Assembly (NCBI GenBank): GCA_965204575.1
Contig: OZ241993.1
Coordinates: 800,001-864,000 of the forward strand
DNA length: 64,000 bases
Direction of reading: 5' to 3'
Origin: an uncultured candidatus Porisulfidus sp.
GTDB lineage: Bacteria; Pseudomonadota; Gammaproteobacteria; Poriferisulfidales; Poriferisulfidaceae
Shown: one piece after another, positions 57,207 to 64,000 of the stretch
How positions within the stretch are numbered: position 1 is the first letter of the stretch
How the letters are laid out: every line of letters begins with the position of its first letter
Notes under the pieces: model-generated
Databases searched by the model: none
Told to the model about the DNA's origin: nothing
What the model saw: only the letters and a program-made list of their open reading frames with translations
Position numbers and translations under genes: made by a program

Positions 57207-57259
57207 TTACAATCCGGATAGTTTAGGCCACGCTCTATGACATTCGGTTTGGCCGCTAT

Positions 57260-57925
57260 TTAGGCTTCGCCGCAATACGCTAGCACGACGACCCGCGGAG
57301 AAGTGATGACGAATACCGACATGCGCTGCCCGTCCTTGAGAGTGGCTTCTCCGGAGTTCAGGTCGATCTCGACGTCCTGAAATCCTAAGAATTGCCCGGT
57401 TTTCGAATTGAAGGCCTTGTAGACGGCCTCTTTGGCACAGAACAGGACCCGGCTTTGAAGGAGGTCAGGGTTGTACCGGCGCTGTTCGCCGGGGGTTGAG
57501 ATCTCTTCCATCACCTTGGGCGGCAAGGGTTCCGCCGGTTCGACATCGATGCCGATGAAAGACGAACCGTCGGAGTGCATCACGGCGGCCACGGCCACGT
57601 CCCTGTCATGGGCGAGGGAGCCGGCCACGCCGTCCGGCCACCTGGGTGCGCCGTTCGGCAACCGGGGCAACTCGGCGTCGGGCAGGCCCAGTTGTTCCAG
57701 GAGCTGCCGCGCCAATATCCGGACCGCGCCACTCTGCCTGAGAACCTTGAGGGTGGCTTTCTCGCGGCCTGCGCGCTCGGCGGGCAAGAGCGCATGCTCG
57801 TCTCCCGGCGTGATGATGCGATGGCCCAGCAACAAGCCGGGTGCCTGCAATGTTTTCAGGGCTTGCGCCAGCAGAGGGTCGACCACCGGCTCGAAGTCGG
57901 GAGATTCTGCTTTTCTCTCAGGCAC
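57260..57925 (-). CDS. 4'-phosphopantetheinyl transferase (EntD/Sfp-type)
   Basis: GAPRWP.G..GSLAH, GIDVE, FCAKEAVYKA; probable GTG start overlapping the upstream gene. Confidence 0.88.
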   Translation of the reverse strand: MPERKAESPDFEPVVDPLLAQALKTLQAPGLLLGHRIITPGDEHALLPAERAGREKATLKVLRQSGAVRILARQLLEQLGLPDAELPRLPNGAPRWPDGVAGSLAHDRDVAVAAVMHSDGSSFIGIDVEPAEPLPPKVMEEISTPGEQRRYNPDLLQSRVLFCAKEAVYKAFNSKTGQFLGFQDVEIDLNSGEATLKDGQRMSVFVITSPRVVVLAYCGEA

Positions 57926-58586
57926 TCGCGGGTCGCTCCCTTCCCGACATGTGTTCCTCCATCCCATAAAGCCGGGACACGCCTTCGGCGAATGCCGCCT
58001 GCCCTCCATAGCTGGGATGTCGCACCGAGTGGTGGTCCAATCCGAATTCATCCAGCGTGTCGTGGGCATCTCTCCCGATGGCGACGATTCGATGGGGCTG
58101 AAGGGCGTCCAGCAGGGCGAAGAACAAATCCTGGCAGGTTTGGCGTTCGGCCCGAGTGTGGCGACGGTTGGACAGGGGCTTGCCGGGCTCGAACGGGTGG
58201 AGGGGGAAGATGTTCCAGAGGAAGACCGGCTGATCCATCTGGGCCAGCATCTTCCAGACCACGGCCGCAGTGCGTTCGGCAACGGGCAGATCCTTGGTGG
58301 CGCGGCGCAGGGAGAGGCCGCCGTAGGCCCGGGAAAGGGCCGGGAGATGTTCTTCGTCGGTCAGCGGCAGTCCGGTGCGGCGGCCGCCGCGGTAGCCAAG
58401 GTCCCGGGCGACCCAGAGGGAATCGACACGCATGCGAATCGCTGCATCAAGCAGGGTGCGCAAATTGGTACGCCGGCGGCGGTCCGCGTCGGCCCGGTCG
58501 CACAGGTCGCATCGCTCGCCATACGGATTGAAGACTCCGTCGAGGCGGATGCGGCTCAGGGTCTTGACGAAAGAGTGGGGGGTCAT
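57918..58586 (-). CDS. Uracil-DNA glycosylase superfamily protein
   Basis: VFNPY, GYRGGRRTG.P.TDE, E.TA..VW, WN.FP.HP, NR....E, AIGR.A, VRHPSYGG. Confidence 0.78.
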   Translation of the reverse strand: MTPHSFVKTLSRIRLDGVFNPYGERCDLCDRADADRRRRTNLRTLLDAAIRMRVDSLWVARDLGYRGGRRTGLPLTDEEHLPALSRAYGGLSLRRATKDLPVAERTAAVVWKMLAQMDQPVFLWNIFPLHPFEPGKPLSNRRHTRAERQTCQDLFFALLDALQPHRIVAIGRDAHDTLDEFGLDHHSVRHPSYGGQAAFAEGVSRLYGMEEHMSGRERPASA

Positions 58587-58693
58587 GGATTCATCATTAC
58601 CGCCACCTGCCGAAATGCAGACGTGTAGTACCTACAAATCATAGAATTCTGGTATCCGAAATACATACGGACCTCCTTCGTCAAGAGACATTT

Positions 58694-59023
58694 TTATCGG
58701 CAGGCAAAGAGATATTCTCTTATTTTGCAGTAATCGTGACCAAATATGTCAACCGCATCTTTCATGTAGTTAACACATCGGCTACTGACTAGGACCGCTG
58801 GTTTTTTGAATTGTTGGCACCCTCTCTGACCTTCAGCAATTATCGATTGTTCGGATGGCCATTCCTCAAATAGGTTGCCGCTCGCGGCATTGATCGCCTG
58901 AACGCGGACGAGTCGGTCGGCGAGTGATATGTCGCTAATGGCTGGTGGTTCTGCTGTCCCGGTGCAACCTGCTAGAAAGACAAACACGGACACACAAATT
59001 GTGATACTACTTTGTTTGCTCAT
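58694..59023 (-). CDS. Small hypothetical lipoprotein, AT-rich
   Basis: Lipobox LAGC; four further cysteines in the mature part. Confidence 0.6.
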   Translation of the reverse strand: MSKQSSITICVSVFVFLAGCTGTAEPPAISDISLADRLVRVQAINAASGNLFEEWPSEQSIIAEGQRGCQQFKKPAVLVSSRCVNYMKDAVDIFGHDYCKIREYLFACR

Positions 59024-59246
59024 TTATGCCGAAAAGTCCGGTAGGGTTGTTAAATGAAATTTGCTGCAACGTAGATGATGCTAGTAAGTTCAAAGGCTAA
59101 GGGCGATTCTTGGGGGTTGTTTATCCGCATGATACCAGTAGGTCGCTATTTTTTCACGCAGAGGGTCAGAAGGGCTAAATCTCGCATCCGTCTAAAATCC
59201 GTTCACCACGTCAGTCCGGGTTCGCCATCGACACCGGCAGATCGGC

Positions 59247-60305
59247 ATGGATGCAAAGACGCAACAACCGCTTTCCGACCCCATCCCCTTCGCGTTCGAA
59301 GGGCGCGCCGAGGATTATTTCGCGATCTGGATCGTGAACCTGCTGTTCACGATTCTCACGCTTGGAGTGTATTCGGCTTGGGCAAAAGTCCGCCGGCTCC
59401 AGTTCTTCTACGGCAACACCCGCTTGGCGGGCGACGGGTTCAGTTACCTGGCGCGTCCCGTCGTCCTGTTGCGCGCCCGGCTTCTGGTGGCCGCCGTCCT
59501 GTCACTTTACATTGCGGCCCTCTGGTTTTCTCCTCCGGTCGGTTTCTTGCTGACCCTCGGGTTCATCCCTGTCTACCCTTGGGTCATTCACCGTTCGCTG
59601 CGCTTCAATAGCCGCATGACGGCATGGCGCACCGTGCGATTTGACTGGCACGGGACCTATCCGCAGGCATTCAAGGTATTCGTCCTGTGGCCGGTCGCCA
59701 GCATCCTGACGCTGGGTATTGCGTTTCCCCTTGCCGCCCGCGCCATGCGCGAGTACGTTGCCAACAGCCAGGCGTTCGGGCATGCGAGGTTTTCGGCGCG
59801 CACGGGTGTTGCGGAGTATTACCTTGCCGCAGGAGTGACGCTCTTGGTCTTCCTGTTCGGTGGCAGCGTCATTGCGGCCGTGCTCGGTGTCGTTCTGGCA
59901 TTGCTGGGATTCGGGCTGGCGTCGGAGGCTTTCGTCATCGGGGGGGCCGAGCTGATCGCCTTGCTGGCCGCGCCGCTGGCAGCCTATGCCGGGGGCGAGT
60001 TGTTCATGGTCTTGACGCGAAACATCATCGTCAACCGGCTTGTCCTGCAACCGGGACATCACTTCGGTTGCAGCCTGTCCGGCGCCACGATCATCTGGAT
60101 CAGCGTGACCAACATGCTGGCCATCCTGTTTTCGCTGGGATTGCTGTGGCCGTGGGCGCAGGTGCGGCGCTGGCGCTACCTGGCCGAAGCCATGGCCCTG
60201 AGGCCGGTCGGGTCGCTGGAGCACTTCATCGATTCGCAGCATGCCGCGGGAGTCGCCGTCGCCTCCGAATACGCGGATATTGAAGGCTACGAGGTCGGGT
60301 TGTGA
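59247..60305 (+). CDS. yjgN: YjgN/DUF898-family membrane protein
   Basis: F.G....YF.IWIVNLL.TILTLG.YSAWAKVR...FYGNT, F..RMT.WR.VRF, SLGL.WPWA.VR. Confidence 0.9.
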   Translation: MDAKTQQPLSDPIPFAFEGRAEDYFAIWIVNLLFTILTLGVYSAWAKVRRLQFFYGNTRLAGDGFSYLARPVVLLRARLLVAAVLSLYIAALWFSPPVGFLLTLGFIPVYPWVIHRSLRFNSRMTAWRTVRFDWHGTYPQAFKVFVLWPVASILTLGIAFPLAARAMREYVANSQAFGHARFSARTGVAEYYLAAGVTLLVFLFGGSVIAAVLGVVLALLGFGLASEAFVIGGAELIALLAAPLAAYAGGELFMVLTRNIIVNRLVLQPGHHFGCSLSGATIIWISVTNMLAILFSLGLLWPWAQVRRWRYLAEAMALRPVGSLEHFIDSQHAAGVAVASEYADIEGYEVGL

Positions 60306-60766
60306 GCGTACGCGGGAAGTTGTACCAGGGGGGCACCACGTTGGCCCGCGAAGCGGCGCTCACCCGAACTGAAGGCGGGGAGTTCACCGCGGTCGTGGTC
60401 TCGGAAGGCAAGACCGTTTTTCTTGGCCACATGCGGGGCGTGACGGCCCGCGTCGCGGGTTCCGACCGGCTGATCTACTTTTCCAACGATTTCGCGTTCA
60501 GCACGGACGACCACGAGGGGCTTGACGCGCTGTTGCCGGAAGGGCAAGCACGGCGAAACCGCCTCCTCGTGTTTTTCGAGCAGACCCGTATTGGCTACAT
60601 GGTGGCTTTGGCCGTCCTGTTGATCGGTCTGGTGGTGGCTTATCAGATCTTTCCAGCTTGGTTTTCCGAGATGCTGGAGGGCCTGATCCATTTCGAGTTC
60701 ATCCCGTTCGAATTCGACCGGGACGAAGGGGCCTGGGCGATTCATGTGCTGGACGTTCGGATATGA
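60302..60766 (+). CDS. Membrane-anchored hypothetical protein, possibly a truncated YjgN partner
   Basis: GTGA overlap with yjgN, soluble N-domain plus one TM; no HExxH. Confidence 0.55.
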   Translation: MSVRGKLYQGGTTLAREAALTRTEGGEFTAVVVSEGKTVFLGHMRGVTARVAGSDRLIYFSNDFAFSTDDHEGLDALLPEGQARRNRLLVFFEQTRIGYMVALAVLLIGLVVAYQIFPAWFSEMLEGLIHFEFIPFEFDRDEGAWAIHVLDVRI

Positions 60767-60878
60767 TTTGCTTCCGGGCTGAAGGATGAAAGATCAGCAT
60801 AGCCGCGATCTGATGCAATGCGAGGGTCGGTTGTGAGAAGTATGGGTATGGCTTCTCCTGAGTGGAAGCAAATTTGAG

Positions 60879-63800
60879 ATGGCTGAGAACAGAAAGAGCA
60901 AGACTTTCTTGCCCCGCTGCGTATCGCTGGACCTTGAGGTCGGGAAAAAGAATGGGCGAATCCACGCCCTCGGTGCGGTGCGGGCCGATACAGGAGAAAG
61001 TTTCACGCACTCAGGAAGCGGCCTCGCGGCGGCATTGTTGAAACTCGACGATTTCGCTGCTGGCGCGTCCTTCATCCTTGGCCACAATCTGATCGCTTTC
61101 GATTTGCCGCATCTGGCGGCAGCAAACCCCGGCCTGCACCTGCTGAAATTGCCTGTGGTGGACACGTTGCGGCTCAGCCCGCTCGCTTTCCCACGTAATC
61201 CCTACCATCATCTCGTAAAGCACTACAAGGAAGGTGGAATCAGGCGCGGACAAATCAATGTTCCGGAACTGGACGCGCGCCTTGCATTGGGAGTCTTCGC
61301 AGACCAGCGCAAGGCGTTGAAGGATGCCCATCCGGACTTGCTTCAGGCATGGCATTGGCTGAGTACGCCGGAGCCTGGAGGTGTTGATCTCGCTCTCGAC
61401 GGATTGTTTACCAAACTTCGCGGTTCGCGCCGCCCCTCGGATGCTGAAGCCCGGGCGGCGATCAGTCGGCGTCTGGAGGGGATCGTCTGCGCCACCCACG
61501 GGCGCGAAGCCGTGTCGAAGGCGGAGTCGGTCGGCTGGGAACTGGCCTACGTGCTGGCTTGGCTGTCGGTTTCGGGCGGCAATTCGGTGATGCCGCCCTG
61601 GGTGCGCCATCAGTTTCCGAAGGCCGCGAAATTGGTGCGCTGGCTCAGGGACTCCGCCTGCACCGACCCCGCTTGCGGCTGGTGTCGGGAGCGGCATGAC
61701 GCACAGAAGGAACTGACCCGCTGGTTCGGCTTCCCCGGCTTCCGGCCCGAGCCTGCGGACCGCAGTGGCCGCTCCATGCAGCAGGTGATCGTCGAGGCGG
61801 CGATGGCCAGGAAACACGTGCTCGGCATCCTGCCCACGGGCACCGGCAAGTCGATTTGCTACCAAGTTCCGGCGCTGTCCCGCTACGACCGCACGGGCGC
61901 GCTGACGGTGGTCATTTCGCCTCTGGTCGCGCTGATGGCGGATCAGGTGGCGGGAATGGAGAAGAAGGGGATCGATTCCTGCGTGACGGTCAATGGGCTG
62001 TTGTCAATGCCCGAGCGGGCCGATGCGCTGGACCGGGTCCGGCTGGGCACTGCGGCTATTCTCCTCATTTCACCGGAGCAGCTGCGCTCCAAAACCCTGT
62101 GTCGGGCGCTCGAACAGCGCGAGATTGGTAGCTGGGTGCTGGACGAAGCACATTGCCTGTCGCGCTGGGGCCACGACTTCCGGCCAGATTACCGCTACGT
62201 GGCCCGCTTCATTCGGGAGTTGGCCGGTTCGGAGGCACTGCCCCCGGTACTGTGCCTGACGGCGACTGCGAAACCTGATGTGTGCGAGGACATCGTCCGG
62301 CATTTCCGGGACAAGCTGGAAATCGAACTGAAGGTTTTCGACGGCGGGGTCGAGCGGTCCAACCTCGAGTTCGAAGTGATCCCGACCTCGGAGGCCCACA
62401 AGTTCAGGGACATCCATCAGGTTCTGGCGTCGTACCTGCCCCCGGACATGCCGGGCGGTGCCATCGTCTACTGCGCGACGCGTCGGCAGAGCGAGGATAC
62501 GGCGGAATACCTGCAAGAGAAGGGGGTTGCGGCCGCCCATTTCCATGCCGGCCTGCCGCCCGACTCGAAAAAGGACGTACAGCAGCGATTCACCGACGGC
62601 GGGTTCCGCGCGATTGCGGCGACGAACGCCTTCGGCATGGGCATTGACAAGCCCGATGTGCGACTGGTCATCCATGCCGACATTCCTGGGTCCTTGGAAA
62701 ACTATCTTCAGGAAGCCGGGCGCGCCGGGCGGGACCGGGAGCTGGCGCGGTGCGTGCTGCTGTATGCGACCGACGACGTGGAACGCCAGTTCGGCATGTC
62801 GGCGCGTTCGAGGCTGAGCCGGGAAGAGATTCACGGCGTTCTCAGGGCGCTGCGAAACCTGAACCGGAAGAAACGCCTCGGTGGCGAAGTGGTGGCGACC
62901 GCCGGTGAAATCCTGATTGAGGACGAGGAACATGCCTTCAAGCGGGACTCTGCGACGGACGACACCCGCGTGCGCACCGCCATTGCCTGGCTGGAGGAGT
63001 CGGAGTTGCTAACCCGGGAGGAGAACCAGGTTCAGGTGTTTCCGTCCTCGCTTCGGGTGAGTTCCGTCGAGGAGGCCGCGAAGCGGCTCGACCGGCCAAA
63101 CATCGCGACCCCCTATCGGCAGAAACTGTTGCGCATTGCCGAAATGATGATCGGGGCGGACGCAGATGAAGGCATCACGACAGATGAGCTAATGGAGGCG
63201 TCGCACCTGAGTCCCGAGGGTGTGCGCAAGGCCCTGTACGACCTCGAGCAAATCGGGATTGCCAGCAACGACACGGCCCTGACCGCGTTCGTTCATGTGG
63301 GTGTGAAACGCCATTCCCGCGAGCGCCTCGAACAGGCGGAAGCGCTGGAGACCGCCCTGACCGCGCACATGCGCGAAGCGGCTCCAGATCAGGGCAAGGG
63401 GGATTCGTCGCCCTTGCACCTGCGGGTTGCCGCGCAGACCCTTCGGGACGAAGGTCTGACTGATCCTCTGCCGGAACGGCTGTGGCGTATCATCCGCAGC
63501 CTTTCCCAGGACGGTCGCGGGGAAGACGGGGCCGTGGGCAGCCTGGCGGTGCGCCGGCAGGATGCGGAGCGGGTGTGGGTGACGTTGCGGCGCGAATGGG
63601 ACGCGATAGAGGAAGCCGCGAAGATCCGGCGCGAGGCCGCCGGACTGCTACTGGAGCACTTGCTCGCCCGACTGCCGTCCGGGAGCCGGGGCACCGACCT
63701 GCTTGCCGAGACCACGCTCGGGAATCTGCTGCAGTCCATTGAATCCGACGTGACCCTGAAGGGCAAGGTCAGAAATCTCCCGAAACTCCTTGACCGCGCC

Positions 63801-64000
63801 CTGCTGTGGTTGCACGAACAGGAGGTCATTCGCCTGCACAAAGGTCTGGCGGTATTCCGCCCGGCCATGACCCTCCACCTGGAGCGCAGGGGCAAGGAGA
63901 GGCGCGGCTTTGCCAAAGCCGATTACCAACCCCTTGCGCTGCATTACAAGGGACAGGTCCTGCAGGTTCACGTGATGACGGAGTATGCCGAACGAGGTCT
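60879..64000 (+). CDS. Large RecQ-family helicase with N-terminal exonuclease-like domain (runs off window end)
   Basis: Not in the ORF track because no stop lies in the window. Manual translation: SLDLEV, GHNLIAFD, DTL; LPTGTGKSICYQ, VISPL.ALM.DQ, DEAHCLSRWGHDFRP, LTATA, TNAFGMGIDK, QEAGRAGRD. Confidence 0.9.
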   Translation, partial: MAENRKSKTFLPRCVSLDLEVGKKNGRIHALGAVRADTGESFTHSGSGLAAALLKLDDFAAGASFILGHNLIAFDLPHLAAANPGLHLLKLPVVDTLRLSPLAFPRNPYHHLVKHYKEGGIRRGQINVPELDARLALGVFADQRKALKDAHPDLLQAWHWLSTPEPGGVDLALDGLFTKLRGSRRPSDAEARAAISRRLEGIVCATHGREAVSKAESVGWELAYVLAWLSVSGGNSVMPPWVRHQFPKAAKLVRWLRDSACTDPACGWCRERHDAQKELTRWFGFPGFRPEPADRSGRSMQQVIVEAAMARKHVLGILPTGTGKSICYQVPALSRYDRTGALTVVISPLVALMADQVAGMEKKGIDSCVTVNGLLSMPERADALDRVRLGTAAILLISPEQLRSKTLCRALEQREIGSWVLDEAHCLSRWGHDFRPDYRYVARFIRELAGSEALPPVLCLTATAKPDVCEDIVRHFRDKLEIELKVFDGGVERSNLEFEVIPTSEAHKFRDIHQVLASYLPPDMPGGAIVYCATRRQSEDTAEYLQEKGVAAAHFHAGLPPDSKKDVQQRFTDGGFRAIAATNAFGMGIDKPDVRLVIHADIPGSLENYLQEAGRAGRDRELARCVLLYATDDVERQFGMSARSRLSREEIHGVLRALRNLNRKKRLGGEVVATAGEILIEDEEHAFKRDSATDDTRVRTAIAWLEESELLTREENQVQVFPSSLRVSSVEEAAKRLDRPNIATPYRQKLLRIAEMMIGADADEGITTDELMEASHLSPEGVRKALYDLEQIGIASNDTALTAFVHVGVKRHSRERLEQAEALETALTAHMREAAPDQGKGDSSPLHLRVAAQTLRDEGLTDPLPERLWRIIRSLSQDGRGEDGAVGSLAVRRQDAERVWVTLRREWDAIEEAAKIRREAAGLLLEHLLARLPSGSRGTDLLAETTLGNLLQSIESDVTLKGKVRNLPKLLDRALLWLHEQEVIRLHKGLAVFRPAMTLHLERRGKERRGFAKADYQPLALHYKGQVLQVHVMTEYAERG

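Noticed and set aside
61011-63971. Several minus-strand ORFs in the last 3 kb
   Set aside because: Antisense shadows of the plus-strand RecQ-like gene.
54811-64000. Integrative element or prophage at tRNA-Met
   Set aside because: The accessory genes lie on the tRNA 5' side, and no integrase, att duplication or phage structural gene is visible.

Overview
High-GC gammaproteobacterial chromosome segment. It is mostly housekeeping: tandem glnK-amtB pairs, alr-dnaB-rplI-rpsR-rpsF, uvrB, purKE/purC, rplM-rpsI, argB, yicC-glnA, efp-psd, a cobalamin riboswitch with btuB, the gyrA-serC-pheA-hisC-tyrA-aroA-cmk-rpsA-ihfB-lapAB-pyrF operon, and four tRNAs. Small accessory patches interrupt this backbone. 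The two strongest leads are: (1) a 1303-bp TnpB-only element (34215-35517) bounded by imperfect terminal inverted repeats and an AATT duplication, unlike canonical IS200/IS605 ends; it splits a secreted-protein gene whose reading frame is restored by excision, and the tnpB stop codon is completed by the target site; (2) a Cas6 (Cmx6-like) gene with no CRISPR array or other cas gene in the window, translationally coupled to a 63-aa protein, a TauD-type dioxygenase and an aminotransferase. Other leads are surface proteins with inserted repeat modules, iteron-like repeats and an operator around an AAA/Fic pair beside yicC, two orphan antitoxins, and a probable defence/stress island from 54.9 kb to the window end. 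All calls come from reading motifs by eye; no database searches were run.
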